Source: Cyanobacteria bacterium P01_F01_bin.150 | Lineage (GTDB): Bacteria > Cyanobacteriota > Cyanobacteriia > CAKZMO01 | Direction of reading: 5' to 3' | Assembly: GCA_039189765.1 (NCBI GenBank) | Contig: JBCCYL010000003.1 | Span: forward strand, 112,706 to 176,705 | DNA length: 64,000 bases | Shown: in pieces, positions 48,760-59,899 of the stretch | Position numbering within the stretch: the stretch's first letter is position 1 | Layout: every line of letters begins with the position of its first letter | The notes under the pieces: model-generated | Databases searched by the model: none | Seen by the model: the letters and a program-made list of their open reading frames with translations, nothing else | What the model was told of the DNA's origin: nothing | Translations under genes and position numbers: made by a program

Positions 48760-51700
48760 TTATTGCAAGATAAAGTTTTGAGCGCCAAGAGCCTCGGCTT
48801 GAATCCCCCTCAATTTAGCCAGTGAGGTAAATTCAGTTGCCGTTTCATCAAGCGCAACTTGAACCTCGGTTGCATTCCCAACTTGGACAAGGGATACATA
48901 TTTTTTGAATTGGTCAAAAGTACTATCTGCTGGATAGCGGTCTCCAGAGAAAATCCCCCTTAAATCAATCAAATCTTCAGTTAGCTCAAATCCCTTAACG
49001 ATATCAACGCCTTCTTTAAGGGAGTTGAAGATAATCGTGTCCTGCCCACCACCACCTTTAATCTTGTCCTTTCCTTTTCCACCCGTAAGGAAATCATGGC
49101 CCCGACCACCAATCAGCGTATCGTTTCCGTTGCCTCCTAATAATTCATCAATGTTTTTGCCGCCTTTGAGGCGATCGCGACCTGCGCCTCCAGAAAGAAA
49201 GTCTCTACCGTTTCCACCTTTTAATAGATCATTACCTGCTTCCCCAAACAACTCATCTCGACCATTGCCGTCATCTCCTTTACCTGCGATCAGAACATCA
49301 TTACCTTTGCCCCCTCGCATAATGTCTTTGCCACGGGTACCAACTAGCCGATCGTTGCCCAACGTACCTTTAAATTGCTTTGTGGGTCTGCCATTACCAT
49401 TACCATTACCTGCTGTATCGCTCAGAATATCTAGGACAGCAGCGACCCGTCCCGTTTCCCAGCTTTGAACCACCTGTGTGATGGAATTTCCAGCAGCATC
49501 AGTAATATCATTGGGGACAACCATTAGTTGATACACCCCTGCTTCCGTCGTTACGGCATCTAGGTTACTGAGAACCCAATCTAAGGATTGAAGCTGGGTT
49601 AAGGTGACTCCAGTTAATGGGACGTCTACTCCATTGCGAGTCAATTTCAAATCATTGATATCAAAGTTGGCGATCGCTTCTGTAAATTGAATTTGCACCT
49701 GATCCAGAGCCGTGTCCCGAACGTTTGGAGTAATGGCTGGGATAGACACCTGAGAGGGCTGAGTATCAATCGTCAGAGAGGTTCCTACTGAGACAGTGCT
49801 GGTTTGACCATTGACAGTGACTACCGCCGTCAGGGTGTATGTGCCATCGGCCAGCGCCTGTGGAGGAACAAAAGACCATTGGCCATTGGCATTTACAGTG
49901 GTGGTACCGAGAGACTGACCGTTGGCAAACAGATTAAGGATGCTATTGGGTTCGGCGGTGCCACTCAATTCGGGTTTGTTCTGGTTGGTGAGGCCATCGC
50001 TACTGGAGATTCCTTTATCAAATCCACTTTTTAACTGGGGTTGAGGAGGTTGAGATGGAGGAGTTGCAGGAGTGGGCGTCGGTATAGGAGTGGGAGTGGG
50101 CGTCGATGGAGGAGTCGGAGTCGGACTGGGAGTCGGAGACGGGCTGACTAAGCTAAGACCAATCAGCACCGGATCATGGTCAGATGAACGGTATGGATCA
50201 GCATTGTATAGACTGAGCAACTGCCCTGCTGACTTATAGTCTTGGTCATAGCCCAGAACCAATGGTTCATCCGCGTTAATATGCCACGCAGTCGATCCAG
50301 TCACCTGAGCTGCCAGGCTGGCAGAGGACAGAGCATAGTCCAGTGTGCCTCGCTGGCCCTCGTAGACGTAGGTATAGTCAGTGGAATGATTGGTATAGCC
50401 TGCGGTCTCCAATGCTGTAATTGGGTCTTCCTGGGCGTAGCTATTCAAATCCCCCAAAATCAGCACGTCCGGATCGTCAGTGCCTGTAGGATTAGTGGCT
50501 AGCCATTCATTTAGAGCCGTCACGCCATTTACCCGCATCTGATTCCAGAAAGACTGACCGTCATTTTGGTCATAGTTCGGATCAGATGAGTCTATTAAAC
50601 CACTATCGCTTTTTGACTTGAGGTGACTCACGGCAACCGTGAACTGTTCACCACTGTTGTTTTCCTCAAAGGTCACCGCCAGCGGTGCACGGTTAGTATT
50701 GACACCATCAAAGACATTGCCTAACCCATTTAGGCCTAATCCAGACAGCTCAGCATCATCCAAGATTTCAACGGTGGTTCCTGCGACGATGCTGACAGCA
50801 TCTGGTTTAAATATGACCCCAACCGCAATTTCATCATCGCCAACGGTTGCAGTACTGGGTTCCACATATGTATAGGTTCCGGCTCCCATAACGCTATTAA
50901 GGGCAAGCACAAGGGACGCGATCGCGCTATTGCTCCCATCACCGTAATCATTTTCCAACTCCTGAAGTGCCAATACGTCCGCGTCAAGGGCGGCGATCGC
51001 CGCCACTAATTTTTCCCCCTGTTGGAGTGCTTCAGCAAACGAATCTGCTCCCCGTGAAGTAGGGAATCCTCCGCCAACGCCGTCGCCATTGAAAAAATTG
51101 CCAAGATTAAACGTCGCCACCGTTAGTGAGCCGCCCACATCATCAGGAGCAACAGGGCGAAGGTTATTGGCAGCAAACGTCGGGGCTTCAGTGGGGAACA
51201 CTCGATAGGCATCTGTATCCGACCATCCAGACCAGGCTTCCGAAATAATGCCGGTAATGCCAGTGGCTGTATCACCGACTCTCAGGGTATTTGTTGCGCT
51301 GAGTCCCGCTCCTGGATAAGAAATTGGATCGGGATTTGGGGTATCTGAGCCATCATCAATAATCAACCGATTGAGATGGAGATCCATCTCTTGATAGGCC
51401 GCATCACCACCAGGCATCATAGTATTAGTGGGGGTTTCAAGGGGACCTCCTGATGCAACCTCTATCAACCCACCGCGTCCTAAATCATATACATCGGTAA
51501 CGGTTAAAGACTGGGGTAAGACAATCCGCATTCCCTCATAGGGTTCCAGCGCATTAGTGCTTGTCAATGGCAAATTGACTGATAATGCGGTGGGTAAAGC
51601 ATTGTTAGAACTTTGAATCGTCACTGCACTGACACCAGCCAGTCGAGTCAAATTGTCGTCTTCTTCAACGGTTCCGGTGACTTGAACGCGATCGCCCACG

Positions 51701-54700
51701 GTAACCGTTTCATTACTAAACACAAAGATGCTTTCAGAGGTTGTATCGTCGCCATCAGCATCACTGTCTTCCTCTTGCACAAAGAATCCATCGCTTTTGA
51801 CATAAGTGACAATGCCTTCAATCGTATGGACATTGCCATCTTCAGGACTGGCAGAACCATTGCCTTGAATCTCATGAATCGGCGTGATGCCACCCGCAAC
51901 AAAGCTAAAGGTGAAATTATCCCCCGCAGTATCGTCACCATTGCCGTCAAGCAAATCTGCTATCCCATCCTGGTCAGTAATTTGGGCTGCATTTAGAGTA
52001 ACTGTAACGGTTTCTCCTGGGGCAAAATCAGTACTGGGATTTAGAGTGTAGCTAGTTCCAGAACCATTAACAAGTGCAGTGATCGCACCGCTAGTGGAAC
52101 CGGACAGGGCAAACCAAGCATCAGTAGCGTCTACCGCCTCATCAAAAGTAATGGCAATATCCGAGGCCAGGGCAATATCGGTGGCGGCATCGCTAGGACT
52201 AATCGTGGAGACTTGAGGTGCGGCATCATTGTGGCTACCCAAGCGGTCTACATTGTCTATGGGGAAGCTATCCCATTCCAGAGCCGGGTCAAAAACATCC
52301 AACGTATTGGTATCACCGGATGTCACGGTCGATTTACGTCGTAGGGTTTGATCTTTGGTACTGATGGCCCCGCTGATCCAGGCATCGCCGGGATCAAATC
52401 CCCGCTGGCCGAATGAGTCGATAAGGATGCCATCTTTGTAAAGAGCGATCGCATCATTACCATTAAAAAATGTCCCTCCATTGCTTTGATCCTGAACATC
52501 AGTAATGCTAGTATTTGCGGCATCATCTGCGACAACAAAGACTTCGCCGCTGGCAATGGTTCCACTTAACTGAATAGTGTTAGCGGGGGTGAGAGAGCCA
52601 TTGGAGTAAATTTCAATGGTGTAGTCATCAGTGGTCAGATCAACTGGGCTGCCTGTAGGGTTATAAAGTTCGATCGCCTTATTATCACTGCTGCCCTCAA
52701 CATACTCTGAAATAAACACCGTTGGCCCCACAGGAGCCATGTCATTATCCGTAATATCCACGGTAACCGATGGAATCGCCAGAGCCACACTGTAGTTCGG
52801 ATCAGTACTACTCGTAATTGAATGACTGATAATGCCGCTATGGCTACTGGCCTCCATATCTGCATCATCAAGGGCTTTGACTGCAATTGTTTGGGGTGTT
52901 GTATTGGTAAGATTAATGCTGAGAGAATTAGCAAAAGTAGATCCACCGTCAACGCTAATTTCGGTTTGGATATCCGCCGTAAGTTCAATGGTAACAGTAC
53001 TAGTGGGGGCAGTATCCAACGCAATAGTGTAAATATCGATTGCACCTTCTGTGAGGGAACCGTTAAGCGGAGTGGTAGTAATGCCGCTGTCGTTTTCAGT
53101 TGTAACGTTCCACGTTGAGTTACCAGAGATACCAGCATAGGGATTGTTGGCAAGGTCTAGCAGTGCTCCATCGTCGATTTCAATATAGTAGCCAGTTTCA
53201 TAAGCTAAATTAGCAGTAGGATCGATGGTAACGGTTGCCCCATTGACGGTAACGGCCCCAGAGGTCACATCAATGGTTTCCACCACAGCATTATCAGCCA
53301 TGGCTTTGATCACAATATTGCCCGTCCCTTTTTGGATATCTTCGCTCAAGGTAAGGCTAAAATTTGAGTCAATCGATACGCCCGTAGTATCGTCTGCTGG
53401 CGACAAGGGAGACACCGCAGCCAGAGTCGGTGCGGCGACATCAGGGGTTGTAAAATTCCATGTTGTTGCATCGACGGTTCCGCCGTAGGCATTATCCGCC
53501 AAGTCACGGAACGCATCGTTGGGAATTTCGAGATAGTAGTCGGTCTCACCCTCCAAGTCCATTGTGGGGTCAATCGTCACAGTGGCACCGTTAATGGTCA
53601 CTGCCCCGGACGTCACGTCAATTGTCTCAACTAGCTCATTTCCATTGCTTTTCTTCAGCAAGATATTGCCTACATTGGCTTCTACAGCTTCGCTAAAAGT
53701 GATGGAGAGGTTTGTATTGAGGGCGATCGCCATCCCGTCATCTGCTGGGCTAAAACTATTGACGCCTGGAGCCGTATTATCAGCCGTCGTAAAATTCCAG
53801 ACCGTATTCCCCAATAGCCCCGCAAAAGCATTTCCCTCCAAGTCGGTAAAGGCTGTATTGGGAATTTCAACGTAGTAATCAGTATCTTCATCAAGGGAAC
53901 TGGTGGGGGCAATGGTTACGATTGCTCCACTCACCGATACTTGAGCATCCCCTACTGGAATAGTGGCCGCGACCGAGTCATCCCCAACCTTTTTGATTAA
54001 AATATCGCCCATGCCTTTTTGAATATCTTCGTCAAAGGTCAGACTTAGGTTAGCTCCAACTGCGACAGAGGTCCCATCATCGACTGGATTTAAGGTGATA
54101 AGTGTGGGAATCGTATTATCTTCGGTGATAAAGTTCCATGTATCCGTCCCAGTGATTCCGGCAAAGGGATTACCTGCGGAATCAGTAAAGGCACTCCCTG
54201 GGATTTCAATATAGACACTCGTTTGATCGCTTAAAGCTGAAGTTGGATTAATGGTAACGGTATCAGAATTAACACTGACTTGAGCATCCGCTACTGGAAT
54301 CGTAGCGATAATCGAATTATCTAATCCATTTTTAATTAAGATATCGCCCGTTCCTTTTTGAATGGGTTCATTAAACGTGAGGCTTAAAGAGGTATCGACG
54401 GTTACTTGGGTTGCACCATCAATGGGTGTATCAATGGTAAATGTAGGAGCGGAAACATCTGCCGTTGTAAAGCTCCAGGCAGCTGGTCCTGATAGCCCCG
54501 CAAAGGAATTACTCGATAGGTCTGTAATGACGCCAGAGGCAATTTGAACATAGTACGCGGTTTCGTCATCCAGGTCCGCAGTGGGATTGATGGTCATCAC
54601 CGCGCCAGAAATACTGACTTGACTACTATCCCCGACAGAGATGGTTGCGACGACAGAATTATCTGATACCTTGTGGATAGTGATATCGCCTGTCCCCACC

Positions 54701-56094
54701 TGTATCGCTTCATCAAAGGTCAGAACCAGATCTGCCCCCGCCGCAATCTGAGTGGCATCCAGAGTGGGGCTGTAGATACTGACAGTGGGAGCCGTTACGT
54801 CGGGAGCCGCCTCAGTAGAGAAATTCCAGGTCGCACTATCAGCAATGCCGCTGTAGTCATTGCCAGCTAAATCTTGAATTGACCCTGAATCAATCTGGAC
54901 GTAGTAATCAGTTTCATACTCCAAGGATACACTGGGATTAATCGTAACCGTGTCGTTGTTGACCGTAACCTGAGCAGTGGCAACATCAATGGTTTCCACA
55001 ATGCCATTGGCATCATAAATCGTAATATTGCCTGTACTGGTTTGAACCGTCTCTGCAAACGTCAGTACCAAATTATCGTTTAGGCCGACATTGGTGCTAT
55101 CGTCGCTGGGACTCAAGGCTGGACTGGTGGGCGCAGTGGTATCAGACGCAGCAGCAGTAGTAAAATTCCAAATTGCCGGATTTGAAATCCCAGCATAGAA
55201 ATTGCCTGCTAGGTCAGCGATCGCCGTACTATCAATTTCGATATGATAGGTTGTCCCATAAGCCAAATCGACACTTGGATTAACCGTCAAGGTTTGATTA
55301 GATAGACTTACTTGATTGCTAAAGATATCAATCTCTTCAACTAGCTCATTCGTAGAGTTATTTTTAATCCGAATGTTGCCAGAGCCAAGCTGAATCAACT
55401 CATCAAAAACAATAACCAAGTCATCGGCAATTTGAACATCTAGAGCATTATTTCCAGGGGTTAAGTTTGTAGGGATGGGCGCATCGGTATCATCACTGCT
55501 GTTGACCGTAAACGATGCAGCACCTGATTGAGATGTACTGTCGCTGCGCAAAGTCCAGTTAGTATGATCATTCAGTTCTGCCAGAAGGGTTTCTCTAGTA
55601 CCCGTTGTGGGACCATCATATGCAACGTTATCGATTTCGTCGATTGAAAGTGCAGTACTCCCGTGCGTAAGCCCTTCAGGAAGATTAGATACATGCTCTG
55701 AATCTGCATCGCCAGTCCAAATGTTGGTTCCAAAGTGATTGTTGTTATTGATAGCGGCAAGGAATGTGGACGGGGTATCGACATCACCCTGATAGGCCAG
55801 GATCTGATCCCCACTGGTCGAAAGACTGAAGAGATTACTATCAATGGTGCCCGAAGAGGCCGTAGAACCTGATATGGTTACGACAGTGCCCGCAGTGACG
55901 CCTCCAGTGGGTGATGTCCACGTTAGCGTACTATCATTTGTCGTATTGAAAAAACCAGAGTTATCGCTTAGCCAGCCTCGATCGGTAAAGTGAATGGATT
56001 CGTTAGCTGTAATCTCTACAAGTGCAACAAATGCAAAACTCGGCCCGTCCGCATTGTATGCGACAAAACCAATATCCCCTGAATTGAGGGCCAT
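48760..56094 (-). CDS. Giant RTX-secreted ExeM/NucH-family extracellular nuclease with SbsA-type Ig repeats and a lamin-tail domain
   Basis: About 8 D..AP...SP.D Ig repeats, LTD (FISEYVEGSSDNKAIEL), OB fold (GFFVQE), EEP motifs (LQELEN, HLKSK, GDLN, SSDHDP), a PT linker and RTX repeats. Confidence 0.92.
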   Translation of the reverse strand: MALNSGDIGFVAYNADGPSFAFVALVEITANESIHFTDRGWLSDNSGFFNTTNDSTLTWTSPTGGVTAGTVVTISGSTASSGTIDSNLFSLSTSGDQILAYQGDVDTPSTFLAAINNNNHFGTNIWTGDADSEHVSNLPEGLTHGSTALSIDEIDNVAYDGPTTGTRETLLAELNDHTNWTLRSDSTSQSGAASFTVNSSDDTDAPIPTNLTPGNNALDVQIADDLVIVFDELIQLGSGNIRIKNNSTNELVEEIDIFSNQVSLSNQTLTVNPSVDLAYGTTYHIEIDSTAIADLAGNFYAGISNPAIWNFTTAAASDTTAPTSPALSPSDDSTNVGLNDNLVLTFAETVQTSTGNITIYDANGIVETIDVATAQVTVNNDTVTINPSVSLEYETDYYVQIDSGSIQDLAGNDYSGIADSATWNFSTEAAPDVTAPTVSIYSPTLDATQIAAGADLVLTFDEAIQVGTGDITIHKVSDNSVVATISVGDSSQVSISGAVMTINPTADLDDETAYYVQIASGVITDLSSNSFAGLSGPAAWSFTTADVSAPTFTIDTPIDGATQVTVDTSLSLTFNEPIQKGTGDILIKNGLDNSIIATIPVADAQVSVNSDTVTINPTSALSDQTSVYIEIPGSAFTDSAGNPFAGITGTDTWNFITEDNTIPTLITLNPVDDGTSVAVGANLSLTFDEDIQKGMGDILIKKVGDDSVAATIPVGDAQVSVSGAIVTIAPTSSLDEDTDYYVEIPNTAFTDLEGNAFAGLLGNTVWNFTTADNTAPGVNSFSPADDGMAIALNTNLSITFSEAVEANVGNILLKKSNGNELVETIDVTSGAVTINGATVTIDPTMDLEGETDYYLEIPNDAFRDLADNAYGGTVDATTWNFTTPDVAAPTLAAVSPLSPADDTTGVSIDSNFSLTLSEDIQKGTGNIVIKAMADNAVVETIDVTSGAVTVNGATVTIDPTANLAYETGYYIEIDDGALLDLANNPYAGISGNSTWNVTTENDSGITTTPLNGSLTEGAIDIYTIALDTAPTSTVTIELTADIQTEISVDGGSTFANSLSINLTNTTPQTIAVKALDDADMEASSHSGIISHSITSSTDPNYSVALAIPSVTVDITDNDMAPVGPTVFISEYVEGSSDNKAIELYNPTGSPVDLTTDDYTIEIYSNGSLTPANTIQLSGTIASGEVFVVADDAANTSITDVQDQSNGGTFFNGNDAIALYKDGILIDSFGQRGFDPGDAWISGAISTKDQTLRRKSTVTSGDTNTLDVFDPALEWDSFPIDNVDRLGSHNDAAPQVSTISPSDAATDIALASDIAITFDEAVDATDAWFALSGSTSGAITALVNGSGTSYTLNPSTDFAPGETVTVTLNAAQITDQDGIADLLDGNGDDTAGDNFTFSFVAGGITPIHEIQGNGSASPEDGNVHTIEGIVTYVKSDGFFVQEEDSDADGDDTTSESIFVFSNETVTVGDRVQVTGTVEEDDNLTRLAGVSAVTIQSSNNALPTALSVNLPLTSTNALEPYEGMRIVLPQSLTVTDVYDLGRGGLIEVASGGPLETPTNTMMPGGDAAYQEMDLHLNRLIIDDGSDTPNPDPISYPGAGLSATNTLRVGDTATGITGIISEAWSGWSDTDAYRVFPTEAPTFAANNLRPVAPDDVGGSLTVATFNLGNFFNGDGVGGGFPTSRGADSFAEALQQGEKLVAAIAALDADVLALQELENDYGDGSNSAIASLVLALNSVMGAGTYTYVEPSTATVGDDEIAVGVIFKPDAVSIVAGTTVEILDDAELSGLGLNGLGNVFDGVNTNRAPLAVTFEENNSGEQFTVAVSHLKSKSDSGLIDSSDPNYDQNDGQSFWNQMRVNGVTALNEWLATNPTGTDDPDVLILGDLNSYAQEDPITALETAGYTNHSTDYTYVYEGQRGTLDYALSSASLAAQVTGSTAWHINADEPLVLGYDQDYKSAGQLLSLYNADPYRSSDHDPVLIGLSLVSPSPTPSPTPTPPSTPTPTPIPTPTPATPPSQPPQPQLKSGFDKGISSSDGLTNQNKPELSGTAEPNSILNLFANGQSLGTTTVNANGQWSFVPPQALADGTYTLTAVVTVNGQTSTVSVGTSLTIDTQPSQVSIPAITPNVRDTALDQVQIQFTEAIANFDINDLKLTRNGVDVPLTGVTLTQLQSLDWVLSNLDAVTTEAGVYQLMVVPNDITDAAGNSITQVVQSWETGRVAAVLDILSDTAGNGNGNGRPTKQFKGTLGNDRLVGTRGKDIMRGGKGNDVLIAGKGDDGNGRDELFGEAGNDLLKGGNGRDFLSGGAGRDRLKGGKNIDELLGGNGNDTLIGGRGHDFLTGGKGKDKIKGGGGQDTIIFNSLKEGVDIVKGFELTEDLIDLRGIFSGDRYPADSTFDQFKKYVSLVQVGNATEVQVALDETATEFTSLAKLRGIQAEALGAQNFILQ

Positions 56095-56477
56095 ATTATT
56101 CTCCTTTCCGGTAAACGCAGTGTGTATCTCAAAACACTTGGCGGTCAGTTCTATTCGTCACCCGTAGATACAGTGTTTATTTCTATCAAGGCCGTTCAAT
56201 AGCCTAATCATGGCTATTCTTAATCACATCCAATAGGAAACAACACAAAATGCTAGAACGACGCCAACCCTAGGGTTAGAGTTCCCATCCCAAACAGTTC
56301 ACCAACGCGTAGTACTACGGAAAAATGTAATGATAGCTGTTGGCTATACCAACTGATTTTAAAGCGGATCCCATATTCATAAACTTCTTGTAGAGTCTTG
56401 TTTTTGGGCAATCTCAGTTACAACTAAGTAGGTTAGTCTTAGACGATGGTGCACGATATACCCAGAGATAGCCATTT

Positions 56478-57674
56478 ATGAATATTGCTTATTTCGTTAA
56501 TCAGTACCCTAAAGTTAGTCATAGTTTTATTCGACGAGAAATACAGGGGTTAGAGTCCCAGGGTTTTTCGGTCCAGCGATTTGCGTTGCGTTCCTGTGAG
56601 GAAGAACTGGTGGATCCGGATGATCAAACCGAGCTAGAACAAACGAAGCTGATCCTAGGGGTTGGCTTACTGGGATTGTTTTGGCATATGCTTTGGGTGG
56701 CGATCGCTCGTCCCCTCAAGTTCTGGAAAACCTTTTCAACAACCTGGACTCTGGGCCTATCCTCAGATAGAGGTCTGCCTCTATATATCATTTCCTTGGC
56801 CGAGGCCTGTGTACTGCTGCGTTGGCTTAACCAAGGCAAGGTAGACCATTTACATGTCCACTTCGGAACAAATTCCACGACCGTTGCCCTCCTTTGTTGC
56901 CAGCTTGGCGGACCACCCTACAGCTTTACGGTCCATGGTCCAGAAGAATTTGATCGGGTCAAAGGCATTGAACTAACTGAAAAGATTAATCAGGCAAAGT
57001 TTGTGATTGCCATCAGCTCCTTTGGCCGCAGCCAGCTCTATCGCTGGTGTGACTACACCCAGTGGCCCAAAATTCACATCGTCCGTTGCGGAGTCGATGA
57101 TAAGTTTTTGCAACAAGGCAACACTCCTATTATGGATACGCCCACCCTGGTGTGTGTAGGTCGGCTATGTGAGCAAAAAGGCCAGTTACTTCTGCTAGAA
57201 GCGACCCATCGATTGATTCAAGAAGGCACACCACTCAACTTAATTCTGGTTGGAGATGGAGACTTGCGTCCAGAAGTGGAAACCCGCATTGATGATTATG
57301 GTTTAGCTAAGCATGTCACCATAACAGGCTGGTCCAGTGGTTCAGAGGTACAAAAATATCTAAATCAGTCACGGGCATTAGTACTGCCTAGTTTTGCAGA
57401 AGGATTACCTGTGGTCATTATGGAAGCACTTGCCCTGGGTCGCCCAGTAATTAGCACCTACGTGGCGGGCATCCCTGAGCTGGTGACATCTGGTGTTTGT
57501 GGTTGGCTTGTGACCGCTGGTTCGGTGGATGATTTAGTTATGGCAATGCGAGAAGCTCTGACTCAACCCGTAGAAGCCCTCCAAGAAATGGGGCATGTAG
57601 GTTCGCAACGAGTCCAGGATCGTCATAATGCGCAAACGGAATCAAAGGTATTGGCGCAGCTCTTCAAGACCTGA
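56478..57674 (+). CDS. Glycosyltransferase family 4 (WcaL-like)
   Basis: YPKVSHSFI, VGRLCEQKG and EGLPVVIMEA. Confidence 0.92.
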   Translation: MNIAYFVNQYPKVSHSFIRREIQGLESQGFSVQRFALRSCEEELVDPDDQTELEQTKLILGVGLLGLFWHMLWVAIARPLKFWKTFSTTWTLGLSSDRGLPLYIISLAEACVLLRWLNQGKVDHLHVHFGTNSTTVALLCCQLGGPPYSFTVHGPEEFDRVKGIELTEKINQAKFVIAISSFGRSQLYRWCDYTQWPKIHIVRCGVDDKFLQQGNTPIMDTPTLVCVGRLCEQKGQLLLLEATHRLIQEGTPLNLILVGDGDLRPEVETRIDDYGLAKHVTITGWSSGSEVQKYLNQSRALVLPSFAEGLPVVIMEALALGRPVISTYVAGIPELVTSGVCGWLVTAGSVDDLVMAMREALTQPVEALQEMGHVGSQRVQDRHNAQTESKVLAQLFKT

Positions 57675-57710
57675 GGTGTGTTCCCTGCTGCGCAGCAGGG
57701 AACACACCTC
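57673..57710. repeat. Perfect 38 bp palindrome
   Basis: GAGGTGTGTTCCCTGCTGC|GCAGCAGGGAACACACCTC. Confidence 0.85.
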
Positions 57711-57758
57711 CAAATCTCAGCCGTTGGCAGTATAGGTTTGAGATTGAAAGAACTTAAC

Positions 57759-57790
57759 GGGATACTGGGACTATCTGAACCCAGTATCCC
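57759..57790. terminator. Hairpin between convergent genes
   Basis: GGGATACTGGG-N10-CCCAGTATCCC. Confidence 0.6.
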
Positions 57791-57810
57791 ATTTAAAATA
57801 CAAACCAGCT

Positions 57811-58860
57811 CTAGTTTGGACAGTCAACGGGTTTAGCGACGTCCCCAACATTTAGGGTTGCACTTGACCCAGACGTGATTTGACCAACGCTAGAACGACC
57901 ATCAACATCGGTTAATTCGATTTGTCCAGCAGACTCTGTGATCTGACGAATCACTTCTTGAGTTTCTGGATCGCGCACTTCCCTGACCACCCGCTCAACA
58001 GAGAGACACATCCCCGAGCGGTAACCATCGGTATTCCCTCGATTTAGAACCAAAGTTGACCCGGTAATGTCAGCAATGACAGCAGTTTGCGTAGGCAAGG
58101 CAGCAGGAAGTGCGGCGACATTGCCCGCTGCTGAATTGAGACTTGTGGCGACCTCTTCAATCGCCATAGTGTAAGCATCTGAAAGCACTTGACGTACATT
58201 GTCAGGCTCTGAATCTTGGCCAAATACCCCTGAAACACTGACTGAACTTGCCGTATCTGAGGCCTGACCATTGCCTTCTGCTGTTCGAATAATTTCGGCA
58301 GTGCTGGTGTTTACCATACGAACATTGAGCTGCACTTCCGCTTCGACGACATCTCGTCGAGTGCCGACCCCAAATACTCGGACTCCCTTATCTTTGACAT
58401 CGTAGTTGAATTTGGTGACCGATCCAATAATTACAGATTCAACCCCCAAGATCCGACCAATTTGAGCCGCCGTGCTGGCATCAACCCGACCAGACGCGCC
58501 AAAGTTTTGTTCAGCTAAAACAGCATCAATCTGACTACGTTCAACAACGGTGTACTGGCCACCATTGACTAAACGATCCACCAAAATGTCACTGGAACCT
58601 GAGGCAGAGCCACCGTAGTACCATAAATAATACTGACCTACGTCAGGAGTATAGTCAAAATCTAGTACGGCAATTCTAGGGCGATTTGTCGTTTGAGCAA
58701 TCATTGTTGTTACATCAGACTCCAAAGAGCTGGTTGTAGCGTGCGCTTGTGAGAGCAGTGATTGGTCTGATGATAAAGCCCATACAGCCCCTGGGGAAAA
58801 GACTGCTGCCATAAAGCCTGAAAGCGCTGCCAGGCGAACGAATGCGTTATTCAACACCAT
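57811..58860 (-). CDS. CsgG/HfaB family protein
   Basis: Signal peptide, IAVLDF, VVERSQIDAVLAEQ and AAQIGRILG...GSVT. Confidence 0.88.
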   Translation of the reverse strand: MVLNNAFVRLAALSGFMAAVFSPGAVWALSSDQSLLSQAHATTSSLESDVTTMIAQTTNRPRIAVLDFDYTPDVGQYYLWYYGGSASGSSDILVDRLVNGGQYTVVERSQIDAVLAEQNFGASGRVDASTAAQIGRILGVESVIIGSVTKFNYDVKDKGVRVFGVGTRRDVVEAEVQLNVRMVNTSTAEIIRTAEGNGQASDTASSVSVSGVFGQDSEPDNVRQVLSDAYTMAIEEVATSLNSAAGNVAALPAALPTQTAVIADITGSTLVLNRGNTDGYRSGMCLSVERVVREVRDPETQEVIRQITESAGQIELTDVDGRSSVGQITSGSSATLNVGDVAKPVDCPN

Positions 58861-59053
58861 AATATCGATTTCCTCAAAAATGGGAGCTAGTTAAAATGTA
58901 GTAACTTTTACGTGGACAAAAAATAATCTCTCTAATGTTACTTAATATCCATCACTATAATCATCGTTAGTTCCGGGAATTTATACAAATCTAATTTGTA
59001 CTTTTTGACTTGAGCTAAACTCACCGATATGGCATGGTTGATTTTGCTCTCTC

Positions 59054-59899
59054 ATGTCTTACTTATTACTACGTTTTATGCCATCCTTTAATCCCGATAT
59101 CTTTTGGCCACGAGTTTTATCCTTCTGTCAAGCTACCACTGAGCAAGTAGGGCAAAAGCTACTCGCTGATTTTGGATCGGCAAGTCCAGAAGAGAAAGAG
59201 GACGGCAGCTTAGTTACAGCGTCCGATCAGTGGGCCGATGCGGAATTGCGAGGGGCGATCGCCACAACGTTTCCTGACCACGGTGTCCTGAGCGAAGAAG
59301 TAGAGCATATTTTTCCAGCGACCGACTGGTGCTGGATCATCGATCCCATTGACGGTACGACCAACTTTTCCAGAGGCATTCCAGTGTGGGGGATCTCCCT
59401 GGGACTTCTTTATAAAGGGACTCCTATATTTGGCTATGTTTATATCCCTCCAATTCAGCAAGCCTACTACGGTTACTGGTACGGAGAATCAGGCTTAAGT
59501 GGACCCACTGGTGCCTTTGCCAATGGCCAACCGATTCAAGTGCGCTCTGATCCTCCAGCCCCTAACCAATTTTTTAGCCTTTGTGCCCGCAGCACCCATG
59601 TTCTTAAATCAGATCAGCCTTTTCCCTGCAAGATTCGCATGGTAGGTGCTGCCACCTATAATTTGCTCCTAGTCGCCAGTGGAGTCGCGATCGGAGCCAT
59701 AGAAGCGACCCCAAAAATCTGGGATATCGCTGCCGTTTGGGCTATCGTTCAAGCTGCTGGAGCCACCTGGATTGCTCGAGATCCAGATCCGATCTTCCCT
59801 CTCTCCGTTGGTAAAAACTATGGCCAACAGTCTTTTTCCACCTTTGTCATTAGTCGTGCTGACCTCGTCCCCACATTTGCGCCCTGGTTCCAGGCGTAA
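59054..59899 (+). CDS. Inositol monophosphatase family protein
   Basis: SEE, WIIDPIDGTTNF and WDIAA. Confidence 0.93.
   Translation: MSYLLLRFMPSFNPDIFWPRVLSFCQATTEQVGQKLLADFGSASPEEKEDGSLVTASDQWADAELRGAIATTFPDHGVLSEEVEHIFPATDWCWIIDPIDGTTNFSRGIPVWGISLGLLYKGTPIFGYVYIPPIQQAYYGYWYGESGLSGPTGAFANGQPIQVRSDPPAPNQFFSLCARSTHVLKSDQPFPCKIRMVGAATYNLLLVASGVAIGAIEATPKIWDIAAVWAIVQAAGATWIARDPDPIFPLSVGKNYGQQSFSTFVISRADLVPTFAPWFQA

Noticed and set aside
49025..55844. Many + strand and nested ORFs over the giant nuclease
   Set aside because: Antisense or alternate-frame shadows caused by repetitive codon usage.
58898..58911. GTA-N8-TAC upstream of the CsgG-like gene
   Set aside because: A 6-base pattern is expected many times by chance in 64 kb, and there is no supporting context, unlike the site at 21397.
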